Source of the DNA: a virus
Lineage: Duplodnaviria; Caudoviricetes
Reading direction: 5' to 3' (one strand)
Length of the DNA stretch: 26,541 nt
Virus record (IMG/VR): IMGVR_UViG_3300020433_000039
Location: 1 to 26,541 of that record
Position numbers and translations under genes: made by a program. This document shows, in pieces, positions 1-7,982 of the stretch. Below the pieces are notes generated by a model. The model made no database searches. It saw nothing but the letters and a program-made list of their open reading frames with translations, and was not told where the DNA came from. The first letter of the stretch is position 1, and the number at the start of each line of letters is the position of its first letter.

Positions 1-180
1 CTGGAGAGAACTCTCAAAGGTAATTACTCTGCTAATGTAGAGGAAGAACAGTTTGAAGAGGAAACAACTCCAGAACCCATAGCCGTTAAAGACGGTGTAG
101 TTCAAGGTGGTCAACACCGAACTGCATCTGCGGAAGATGATACACTATCTTATTTTGCTAAACTAGCACAAGAAGATTAG
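1..180 (+). CDS. gp32: C-terminal end of T4-like single-stranded DNA-binding protein (partial, 5' truncated)
   Basis: Frame 1 reads LERTLKG...EEEQFEEE...SAEDDTLSYFAKLAQED*. The acidic tail ending DDxLSYFxKLA is typical of cyanophage gp32, and the gene converges on gp53 as in T4-like cyanophages. Confidence 0.85.
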   Translation: MERTLKGNYSANVEEEQFEEETTPEPIAVKDGVVQGGQHRTASAEDDTLSYFAKLAQED

Positions 181-193
181 TTGATATAAAACT

Positions 194-220
194 AAAAGAC
201 CCCTTCGGGGGTCTTTTTTT
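194..220. terminator. Bidirectional Rho-independent terminator
   Basis: AAAAGACCCC-TTCG-GGGGTCTTTT(TTT): perfect stem with a cUUCGg tetraloop, T-tract on + and A-tract upstream. Lies between convergent gp32 and gp53. Confidence 0.92.
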
Positions 221-860
221 ATCCCATGGATATGTCAGACGTACTCGATCCTACTTGCGTCGACCTTCCTCTAGCAATAATGTAATAATATTTACCAACA
301 AAATCTTCAATAAAATTTGGTCTAACTATTTGTATTCTCTCCTTCTTAGAGTTGAGTTCTTCTTCATACTGATAGTTAGTTATAGACACAACAGGATTTG
401 CTGATACTAAAACAGATCCATTAAAGTAACTAACTGAAAAGTTAGATGGCACTACTTTACCTGCAGGTACAATAATATTATTTGAAGCATCCCTAAGTTC
501 TGTAGTTACATGATGCTTGGTAGACAGAGGACCTCGATTAGGTTCAGCATCAGTTGGTATATACTTCTCGGTAACATACTCTTCTAATTGTTTTTGAGTT
601 CTAGGCCACTGCTCATGGTAATTAACTATATCGTTAATGATAAGTATAGTCCAATTATAAAAAGGATTTTTATATAAGTGCAATGCAATATCTTCTGGTC
701 TCTCACCATTCTGAACAATATACTCATCAAATATAGTAAGTGATGTTTTATATTCCTCTATGATCTCAGCTCTTCGCCACAAATTTTTAGCAACAAGATA
801 TTTCTGGTCTATCTGTGACTTTCCAAAATTGTATAATACGTCTGGTAATTGCTGTAACAT
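219..860 (-). CDS. gp53: Baseplate wedge component gp53 (LysM-like)
   Basis: YIVQNGERPEDIALHLY...WTILIINDIVN..EQWP and YEEELNSKKERIQIVRP motifs match gp53. Immediately downstream of gp48. Confidence 0.9.
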   Translation of the reverse strand: MLQQLPDVLYNFGKSQIDQKYLVAKNLWRRAEIIEEYKTSLTIFDEYIVQNGERPEDIALHLYKNPFYNWTILIINDIVNYHEQWPRTQKQLEEYVTEKYIPTDAEPNRGPLSTKHHVTTELRDASNNIIVPAGKVVPSNFSVSYFNGSVLVSANPVVSITNYQYEEELNSKKERIQIVRPNFIEDFVGKYYYIIARGRSTQVGSSTSDISMG

Positions 861-2185
861 TAGAATACTATCTCAGGTTGATTATCTGTAAGTGATGACC
901 TATTGAATCCACCGCTATCACCTTTACCAGTACGTTTTCTAGAACCTTCAAAGTCCACACGTGTAAGTGCAGTTGTCTCCATGAAGTGTAAGGTAACAGT
1001 AACTAGAGGAATAGATCCATCAAACACTGTCTGGAATTTACTCATTGGAGTTGTGTTTACAGATAGTGATGTCAATGCACATAGTTTAGTCTTAGGCATC
1101 ATAGGATGTTGTATGGGATCTCCAATAACAGGTTCACGTAGTCCATTTTCACTAGCATCAACGGGAACAAATCTAGGTTCCAATACAAATACGTCTGGGA
1201 ATGTAAGGGTAACTGCACTACCTCTACCATTCTTTGAGCCAGGATGCATACCACGTTTAAACCATTCAATAATAGTCTGGATCTCTTCTGATTCCATTCC
1301 ATCCCTTGCAGCAAAAGCAAGAGTAAAATCAAATTTTCTCATTTCCATGGACTGAAACATCTGGATAGCATTCTCATTTGGTGCAAGACCAGATAAACCA
1401 GCAATGTTTTTCATGTTTATTTCACCGTTCACACCATATGGGTTAGTTGCAAATGCAGCTCCACCTGCTATTTTCTGAGCATAATCTGCAGGATTTGCTC
1501 CAACTGCACTCAATACATTACCAACAGGACCTTTTTTACCACCACCAGCTCCACCTAATTTACCTCCAAGTTTACTTAATGCGAACTGTAGTCCTCCACC
1601 TGCAAGACCACCAGCTGCAGTTAATAAACCAAATTGTGCAAAGTTATCTGCTGCTAGTGCTAGAGTCCCCATCTTGAATTTATTATTCCAATCAGCACCA
1701 TAGCTATATTGATAGTCATCTGGCATAGCCACGTTTAATTGACTTGCCTGCAAACCAGCCTCTCTTTTTTCTAACTTCTCACTTTTATCTCCTAATAATT
1801 TATTAAGAGTTGTTGTTTTTCCATTTGGAAGTATAATGTCTTCATCACCTTGACTTATCTCTTTTATATTGTGCCCCGTTCCTCTCGCTCTTCTAGGATT
1901 CTTAATTCTTTCGTTCTGACCTATTGCACGTTGGTCAATATCAACCAAAAAACCATTACCACCATACAAACCTGCAGCTGTCCTACTAACACCATTCACT
2001 AAGTTCTTTAATACTAGTGATCTTTGTACAGATCCTAGTGCATCGTTTTGATTTGAGGCTACTTTCTTTAATCCCTCTTGATACTCATATTTTTTAATAT
2101 TGAGATATGAAGCATAAGGGATCTTAGATATCCCAAGTGGATATTCTAAGGACTCAGGTATTTGTACTGTATTGGGAGCAGCCAT
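860..2185 (-). CDS. gp48: Baseplate tail tube cap gp48
   Basis: LEYP near the N-terminus, YSYGADW, FQSMEMRKFDFTLAF...ESEEIQTIIEWFKRGMHP, CALTSLSVNTTP and VTLHFMET motifs. Synteny gp2-gp48-gp53. Confidence 0.85.
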   Translation of the reverse strand: MAAPNTVQIPESLEYPLGISKIPYASYLNIKKYEYQEGLKKVASNQNDALGSVQRSLVLKNLVNGVSRTAAGLYGGNGFLVDIDQRAIGQNERIKNPRRARGTGHNIKEISQGDEDIILPNGKTTTLNKLLGDKSEKLEKREAGLQASQLNVAMPDDYQYSYGADWNNKFKMGTLALAADNFAQFGLLTAAGGLAGGGLQFALSKLGGKLGGAGGGKKGPVGNVLSAVGANPADYAQKIAGGAAFATNPYGVNGEINMKNIAGLSGLAPNENAIQMFQSMEMRKFDFTLAFAARDGMESEEIQTIIEWFKRGMHPGSKNGRGSAVTLTFPDVFVLEPRFVPVDASENGLREPVIGDPIQHPMMPKTKLCALTSLSVNTTPMSKFQTVFDGSIPLVTVTLHFMETTALTRVDFEGSRKRTGKGDSGGFNRSSLTDNQPEIVF

Positions 2186-2598
2186 TATCTATTACGATGA
2201 AATTTTTCTATGGGTAGTTGACTTAACACTGGTACTTCGTTTTCTTGAACCTCAAAGAAAATGCGATCTGCATTCTTCGGAATATAATAATGTAGGGTGG
2301 ACGCAGGAAACTTTTTATTATTTATAGCACGTAATCGAGCGTTTTTATTAAGGTAATGTATGTTTGCACCCAGTATATTACCCTTTTTCATTTCTACTAT
2401 GTGAATCAGAGGGAATTCATCCCACTCTCTTAGCTGATCTTTAAATTTAGGATCATATTCAAAGATATAATACTTACCTATAGATGGATTATCTGTGGAG
2501 TCATCATACAATATATTGAATACTTCGTCTCGTAATTTAGATCTAGTAATTTTTTTTCCTTTTAGGTCTTGCACTAAACTGTCGAATCTGGAGTTCAT
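2185..2598 (-). CDS. gp2: DNA end protector protein gp2-like (short form)
   Basis: IGKYYIFEYDPKFKDQL..WDEFPLI...GANIHYL...LHYY...LPIEKF motifs. Start moved from 2679 to ATG 2598 (MNSRF) because the upstream extension is Ser-rich and lies inside gp4. Confidence 0.75.
   Translation of the reverse strand: MNSRFDSLVQDLKGKKITRSKLRDEVFNILYDDSTDNPSIGKYYIFEYDPKFKDQLREWDEFPLIHIVEMKKGNILGANIHYLNKNARLRAINNKKFPASTLHYYIPKNADRIFFEVQENEVPVLSQLPIEKFHRNR
2319..2326 (-). promoter_or_regulatory. T4-type late promoter TATAAATA inside gp2, upstream of gp48
   Basis: Plus-strand tatttata reads TATAAATA on the minus strand, about 135 nt upstream of the gp48 start. Confidence 0.55.
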
Positions 2599-3016
2599 GC
2601 TCTGTGATGATTTTGAACTCCCAGAGTCTGTCTTTGCAGAACTCTTCTGCTGCGTTCCACTTTGCTGTGTTGGTGGCATAGGTTTGCACCTCCGTTATGT
2701 AACGTTTGGTTTTCCTTTGTTGTTTCTTTGGAGGAGCAACCTGTTTTGAAGGTTTTACCTCTACCAGATACGATTGTATCTTTCCATCTATCTCCTTAAT
2801 TTTACAATAGAAGTCGGGAAAATATCGTCTCCACTTCTTTGCAACTGGATCTTTATACGGTATAATGAATTCTTCGCTAGACCATTCAAGCACAGTGGTG
2901 TTTGTATCGCACCATTCCATGAATTGTCTTTCCCAGAGAGACCTAAACACTACCTGTGTAGGATCTCCTTTATATTTTCGGTAATTTCTTACCGTGTATT
3001 TACCTTTGTAAGCCAT
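2543..3016 (-). CDS. gp4: Head completion nuclease gp4 (TnsA-like PD-(D/E)xK fold)
   Basis: MAYKGKY...KYKGDPT.VVFRSLWE..FM.WCD...WSSEE..IPY...RYFPDF...EVKP..Q...N.AKW.AA..FC....W.FKIITE. Confidence 0.95.
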   Translation of the reverse strand: MAYKGKYTVRNYRKYKGDPTQVVFRSLWERQFMEWCDTNTTVLEWSSEEFIIPYKDPVAKKWRRYFPDFYCKIKEIDGKIQSYLVEVKPSKQVAPPKKQQRKTKRYITEVQTYATNTAKWNAAEEFCKDRLWEFKIITEHELQIRQFSARPKRKKNY

Positions 3017-3024
3017 GATAAATA
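3017..3024 (+). promoter_or_regulatory. Late promoter GATAAATA for the tube/hub operon
   Basis: NATAAATA match ending 27 nt before ATG 3052. Confidence 0.6.
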
Positions 3025-3046
3025 AAGATGGTCACACCATATTTAA

Positions 3047-3054
3047 TATTTATG
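3047..3054 (-). promoter_or_regulatory. Late promoter CATAAATA for the gp4-gp2-gp48-gp53 operon
   Basis: Plus-strand tatttatg reads CATAAATA on the minus strand, 30 nt before the gp4 ATG at 3016. Confidence 0.6.
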
Positions 3055-3738
3055 CCAAGAGCTATTGGAATACAAGAGTTTAAAGAAAGGATCTTAACTA
3101 GATCTGGTGGTATATCTTCGTCTAACCTTTATCAATTTAGTATTGATGCAGGTGAAGGTGGTATGAGACAGTATCTTGCTGATAATAATTTCACTGGTAC
3201 TGACACTGGAGATGATATTGTTAATTTGAATCTTCTATGTAATGAAATTCAACTACCTGGTGTTACATACTCATCACATGATTTGACTCAACCTAAAAAA
3301 GGTATAACTCAAAAGATGGCAACTGCAAAAGTATATAACGAACTTGATGTCAGTTTCTATTGTGATGTTGAATCAATGCCATTAATCTTCTTTAGATCAT
3401 GGCAAGATTATATTATGGGTGGAATAGAAAATCCACAATTTGCATACAGTCAAGAGAATGCTCTTACGAAGTATCAACACCTGACATATGCACAAAGATA
3501 CTATAATGACTACACTTGTGATATACTTATACATAAGTTAGAAAAATATGGTATTGATACACCTGAACAAGGTGATAAGAAAGATTATAAAGTAGGATTT
3601 CATGCGAGACTTGCTAAAGCTTATCCTTATACTGTATCGTCTATACCTTACTCAGCTGGAGCTGCACAACTTGTGAAAGTTACTGTTGGTTTCTACTATG
3701 AGTACAGTCATTTAATTCAAGCAAACACCACTGAATAA
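3052..3738 (+). CDS. Tail tube-fold protein (gp54/gp19-like baseplate-tube initiator)
   Basis: GGISSSNLYQF, LLCNEIQLPG, YNELDVSFY, FFRSWQDYI, YYNDY, AYPYTVSSIPYS, LVKVTVGFYYE. Start at 3052 preferred over 3028 because ATG 3028 is only 3 nt from the late promoter box. Confidence 0.75.
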   Translation: MPRAIGIQEFKERILTRSGGISSSNLYQFSIDAGEGGMRQYLADNNFTGTDTGDDIVNLNLLCNEIQLPGVTYSSHDLTQPKKGITQKMATAKVYNELDVSFYCDVESMPLIFFRSWQDYIMGGIENPQFAYSQENALTKYQHLTYAQRYYNDYTCDILIHKLEKYGIDTPEQGDKKDYKVGFHARLAKAYPYTVSSIPYSAGAAQLVKVTVGFYYEYSHLIQANTTE

Positions 3739-3741
3739 ATT

Positions 3742-4443
3742 ATGCCATTACCTGAAATTGTCACGCCAACGTATACGTTGACGGTGCCCTCTAGTAAAAA
3801 GAAAATTAAATACCGTCCGTTCCTTGTTAAGGAGCAAAAAGCATTAATCATTGCCATGGAGTCTCAGGATCAAGAACAGATCTTGGATTCAATCAAAACT
3901 ATACTATCAAACTGTATCATCACTACGAAAGTTAAGATAGAGGATATGGCTTTGTTTGACATAGAATATATTTTCTTACAAGTTCGTGCAAGATCAATCA
4001 GTGAAGAGATTGAGATGAAAGTAAGATGTCCTGATGATGGAGAGACAGAGGTTAATATATCATTTATGGTAGATGATGTTAAGGTCTTCTTCCCCAAAGG
4101 ACATAAAAACGTTCTTAAGTTGACTGATGACATTACTTTAGAGATGAAGTATCCAAACTTAGAATACTTTACTAAGGTTAATTTTGCTAAAGAAAAGGTA
4201 GATGCCTATGATTTAGTTGCTCAATGTATCAAGAGAGTATATGTTGGCACTGAAGATAGTGGAGAGTTTACTTTTAAAGAAGCTAGAGATTGGGTAGAGA
4301 CTTTAACTAACGCTCAGTTCTCAATGATACAGGAGTTCTTCAATACAATGCCAACTCTTAGACATACACTTAACGTTACAAATCCTAAGACTAAGAAGGT
4401 AAATGAGATTAAGATAGAAGGTTTAGCAGATTTTTTCGCATAG
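3742..4443 (+). CDS. gp26: Baseplate hub assembly protein gp26
   Basis: MPLP.I.TPTY.L.VPS.KKKIKYRPFLVKEQK.L, FDIEYIFLQVRARSI.E, MKYP, FFNTMP.L and IEGLADFF motifs. Confidence 0.93.
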   Translation: MPLPEIVTPTYTLTVPSSKKKIKYRPFLVKEQKALIIAMESQDQEQILDSIKTILSNCIITTKVKIEDMALFDIEYIFLQVRARSISEEIEMKVRCPDDGETEVNISFMVDDVKVFFPKGHKNVLKLTDDITLEMKYPNLEYFTKVNFAKEKVDAYDLVAQCIKRVYVGTEDSGEFTFKEARDWVETLTNAQFSMIQEFFNTMPTLRHTLNVTNPKTKKVNEIKIEGLADFFA

Positions 4444-4460
4444 CCCTCTTCCATGAGGGC
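4431..4460 (+). other. Candidate -1 programmed ribosomal frameshift signal (slippery heptamer plus hairpin) joining gp26 to gp51
   Basis: T_TTT_TTC at 4431-4437 in the gp26 frame, a 5-nt spacer, then GCCCTC-TTCCAT-GAGGGC at 4443-4460. The -1 frame is open into gp51. Confidence 0.6.
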
Positions 4461-4463
4461 TTG

Positions 4464-4628
4464 ATGACTTTCTATCAAACTAATTTTTCTCTGGTTCAAC
4501 ACCATAAATATAGCTTGACAGATATTGACAATATGATTCCTTGGGAACGAGATGTCTATGTTAACCTGTTATCTGCTCACCTCCAAAAAGAAAGAGAGCG
4601 AATAGAAGAGCAACGTCGTAGTCGCTAA
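4464..4628 (+). CDS. gp51: Baseplate hub assembly catalyst gp51-like (54 aa; absent from the ORF track)
   Basis: MTFYQTNFSLVQHHKYSLTDIDNMIPWERDVYVNLLSAHLQKE... shows the NF.L.QHHKYSL..I.NM.PWER..Y signature. Its stop overlaps the next ATG (TAATG). Confidence 0.88.
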   Translation: MTFYQTNFSLVQHHKYSLTDIDNMIPWERDVYVNLLSAHLQKERERIEEQRRSR

Positions 4629-6625
4629 TGTCTAACTCAAAAGAAAAGCTACAACTATCAGTCCTAAACGTAGGGGAACAATTTGCAGCCTCGATGGATA
4701 CGTTGTTAGACACTGAGCTCAAATATCTAACGTACTTAAGAAATAGAAAGAGATTTCATATTGGTGTAAGAAATATAATATCAAATGGATTAGGATCAGG
4801 AATAATCCCACCTGATGATCCAAAACCAACTAAAACGAGAAGAAATCCAAGAAGACCAAATCCAACTGGTGTTGGCGTTCCTATACCTGTTCCTATCGTC
4901 TTACCAGAGAAGGTGAAAGAAAGAGAGGAAGACATAACACAACCAAAACCTCTTCTTTTACCAGAGAAAAAACCACAAAATCAGGATCAAGGTGCGAATG
5001 ATATAAAAGATTTTGAAAGACAACCAGCAGAGCAACCAGCATTACAACCACAGGGAGAGCTTGTACCCGTAAGTCCAACTCCAGAACTGGTTAATGGTGG
5101 TCAAACATTTGACGCTCCTGGCGATGATATTTTTAATTATCAAGGTCTTTCTGATTTTTTTGGTAGATTTAGCTTACCACAGCTTAGTTTACCACAGATT
5201 AATATAGATCCTATGCAAGTACTATCAGGTATAGGTGCATTATTGTTACTTCCTCTTACAGGTTTTGGAATCAACCCTCTAAGTGCCAAAGAACAAGAGA
5301 GTTCATCTAACATCTTTACACAACCAACAGAAACTATTATAGGGGAAGATGGGGCTGAAGTAGTGGTTCCAGTGGATGAGTTGGGTGATCTTATTGCATT
5401 GATATACAAAGATGGTGCTGAAATGTTCATAGGCACATCATATGATTTTCTATCTGGACTTCCATCATCACCAGGAAAAACTTCTGTATTAGGTGATGCA
5501 AATAGACTAGCATCTATCTTTAATATATCAGATGCAGGTGATGGTAGTTCATTCTCACTTGGTCTACAACAACCAATAACATTTACCTCTACTTCCACTG
5601 AAGAAGAAGAGAATATTGAAGAGGTGATTGACACACCAGTAAATTCTAGTGGAACTAAAAAAGAATTTGATCTTGAATCTATAGAGAAGACGAGTTTAAA
5701 GGAAGCAGTAAAGAGTGATGGTGAGTCTAGAGTTGCAAAGAGAAGAAAATCTAAAAAATCATTTGAAGAAATAAAAGCAGAGATAGATGCAAAAGAATTA
5801 GCAAAGAACCAGAATAAAGCAAACAAAATTAGTGATGGTTCACAACAGGTAAAGATACCGAGTGATGGTAATGGTGAGGATAGATTTGGAAACGATATTA
5901 TATTGAATAATTCAACTGAACTTGCATGGCAAAAGGCAGTTAGAGCTGCTGCACTTGATGGTGTTGATCTAGCTTCAGGTGTCAATTCCTCATTTAGAAC
6001 TCCAGATCAACAGCAACAGTTGTTAGATATGCAAGATGCTGGCGATCCTAGTGTTGCACAAGTTGCAGAGATTGGTACATCACCACACCAACAGGGTTGG
6101 GGTCTTGATCTTGCCCTTGGATCACCTGCTCATCAATGGATGCTACAAAATGGTAAGAAATTTAATTTTGACTGGGCAGGCACTGAAGACCCAGTTCACT
6201 TTAATTTTGTCAACAATGAAAGTAATACTAAACACTTAGAAAACTTGCAAGAGGAGACTTTTTATAAGATACCTGAGAGTGGACATGGTGATTTAATACC
6301 TGTAAAAAATAATCTAATATCTAAAAAGACAAAAGCAAAGATAGGTGCAACAGTAGGTGCACTTAGTGGTCTTGGTATGATGTCTAATAATATAGTTCCC
6401 CCAAATATACAAAATGACAAAGAGATAGTTTCTAATGAGCAAGTAAATCAGATGGATAAGAACTCTAACATGATTGCAACTCAACCAAGTATGATACCTG
6501 TACCTATACAAACTACTGTACAAGTGCCTGTACCTATGGCTAAGAATGAGACAAAAGAAATCAAAAGGACATTGATTATTGATACTTTTGATAAGGGATC
6601 AAGAGTGGAGGTAGCATATGTCTAA
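4628..6625 (+). CDS. Tape-measure-like tail protein with a peptidase M15 (VanY/D-Ala-D-Ala carboxypeptidase-like) domain
   Basis: Located between gp51 and the hub/gp5 genes, with low-complexity composition and a GEDGAEVVVP motif. M15 motifs SSFRT..QQ, SPHQQGWGLD, WM..NGKKF and EDPVHF at about 5880-6210. Confidence 0.65.
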   Translation: MSNSKEKLQLSVLNVGEQFAASMDTLLDTELKYLTYLRNRKRFHIGVRNIISNGLGSGIIPPDDPKPTKTRRNPRRPNPTGVGVPIPVPIVLPEKVKEREEDITQPKPLLLPEKKPQNQDQGANDIKDFERQPAEQPALQPQGELVPVSPTPELVNGGQTFDAPGDDIFNYQGLSDFFGRFSLPQLSLPQINIDPMQVLSGIGALLLLPLTGFGINPLSAKEQESSSNIFTQPTETIIGEDGAEVVVPVDELGDLIALIYKDGAEMFIGTSYDFLSGLPSSPGKTSVLGDANRLASIFNISDAGDGSSFSLGLQQPITFTSTSTEEEENIEEVIDTPVNSSGTKKEFDLESIEKTSLKEAVKSDGESRVAKRRKSKKSFEEIKAEIDAKELAKNQNKANKISDGSQQVKIPSDGNGEDRFGNDIILNNSTELAWQKAVRAAALDGVDLASGVNSSFRTPDQQQQLLDMQDAGDPSVAQVAEIGTSPHQQGWGLDLALGSPAHQWMLQNGKKFNFDWAGTEDPVHFNFVNNESNTKHLENLQEETFYKIPESGHGDLIPVKNNLISKKTKAKIGATVGALSGLGMMSNNIVPPNIQNDKEIVSNEQVNQMDKNSNMIATQPSMIPVPIQTTVQVPVPMAKNETKEIKRTLIIDTFDKGSRVEVAYV

Positions 6626-7982
6626 TATTAGTCAATCATATTCATTTGAAGAACAACTGTTAGACCAAGGTAGTGGTCTATTAGGTATGGTTGAAGACCG
6701 CAATGCCATATTAAAGGCTATGTGGAGACAGGATGTATTTCAAGATTTCTTATTAGCTGAAAAGTTACAGTCATTAGATGATACTGGTGGATTAGATGTT
6801 CAACCAATATCCCGTAAAGGATTTGATTTAAGTCCCGTCAATGAACTAACACCTAATACTATTGAAGTTAAAAAACCAAGTCAACAGTCGCAACCTAAAC
6901 AAATGCGACAGGGTGGTATTGTTGAGAGTAGTCCTATTATTGATATGTTACCAGATAGCACTGGTACATTCCAACCTCAGATGGGACAACAAAGTAAATC
7001 ATTAGCAGAAGCAGGAGTAACAAACGATTTAACTAAGGCCACAGGTGCTGTACTAGATGACTTTAAGATAGATGATAAGTTAGCAAAAGCATTCTCTGAG
7101 TCAATGGCATTGCCAGCTAGGGCAGCTGCAGTTGCATTAGCAGATTTACTATCTAAAATTACAATACCAGGTAGTTCAAATATTGTAAAAACTGAGGTAC
7201 AAAAAGTAAGTAGTGCTTTTAATATAACTCCTCCTCCTATAGGTGAAGAAAGAGTTCAAAATAAAGAGGAGAAGGTAAAAACAAAATCTATTGGTGAGTT
7301 GGCAGTATTATATGGAGCTATGGGTCTTGATGCTATTGTTAATATGTTTGGTAAAAAACCATCAACAACAATAGCATCTACAACTCCATTGTTACCAGCT
7401 GCCAAGGATCAACTAGCTTTACCAACATCTAGTATAGTGAATTATGGTGATGGATATGCATATGGAGAACCATTCCCAATGATGGGATACAGTGGATCCT
7501 TGTTTGGTGATAGTAAAAAAGGAAGATCCCGTAAGAAAACTCGTACTGATGGTGTTGTACCAATGCCTGTTAGTTTCGGTGACTCAAACACGAATATCAC
7601 ACAAAATGTGAATAAGAAGAGTGGATTTCTTGGTAACTTGGGTAGTTTTGCTAAGAAAGCACTCATGTTCTCACCTGCAGGCATGTTAGCTACAGCTGGA
7701 TACAAGGCAATGAAGGGTGTTCACAACAACTTCTTTGCTAAGAGTGATGAGCAAAAAACAGATCTCAATGAGTTGACTAACAATGTTATTACTGAGAACA
7801 GAAGTTTGGTTAAACACAACACTGAAATAACTAGACAAATGGTAGGGCAAGAGATTGCAATGCCAGCAATCTCAACAACTACTCCTCCAGTTAAAAGTCC
7901 AGAAGGAGGTGCAGAGACTGCTCCTGTGATAGAACTGTCTCCATACTTTGACGAATACGCTTCTACATCCCAATTCTCATGA
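6618..7982 (+). CDS. Virion/tail protein, second tape-measure-like gene
   Basis: 454-aa ORF overlapping both neighbours, with GAGG upstream. Contains Ala/Gly/Leu helical stretches and a QGGIV motif. Function inferred from position only. Confidence 0.45.
   Translation: MSNISQSYSFEEQLLDQGSGLLGMVEDRNAILKAMWRQDVFQDFLLAEKLQSLDDTGGLDVQPISRKGFDLSPVNELTPNTIEVKKPSQQSQPKQMRQGGIVESSPIIDMLPDSTGTFQPQMGQQSKSLAEAGVTNDLTKATGAVLDDFKIDDKLAKAFSESMALPARAAAVALADLLSKITIPGSSNIVKTEVQKVSSAFNITPPPIGEERVQNKEEKVKTKSIGELAVLYGAMGLDAIVNMFGKKPSTTIASTTPLLPAAKDQLALPTSSIVNYGDGYAYGEPFPMMGYSGSLFGDSKKGRSRKKTRTDGVVPMPVSFGDSNTNITQNVNKKSGFLGNLGSFAKKALMFSPAGMLATAGYKAMKGVHNNFFAKSDEQKTDLNELTNNVITENRSLVKHNTEITRQMVGQEIAMPAISTTTPPVKSPEGGAETAPVIELSPYFDEYASTSQFS

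Noticed and set aside
903-1677. ORFs 903-1355, 1099-1332 and 1447-1677 overlapping gp48
   Set aside because: Nested in or antisense to a well-supported gene, with no recognisable protein features.
2599-2679. N-terminal extension of gp2 in the ORF track
   Set aside because: Ser-rich alternative-frame read of gp4. ATG 2598 is the more plausible start.
5140-5985. 281-aa minus-strand ORF
   Set aside because: Antisense to the tape-measure-like gene, with Ser/Phe-rich mirror composition and no expression signals seen.
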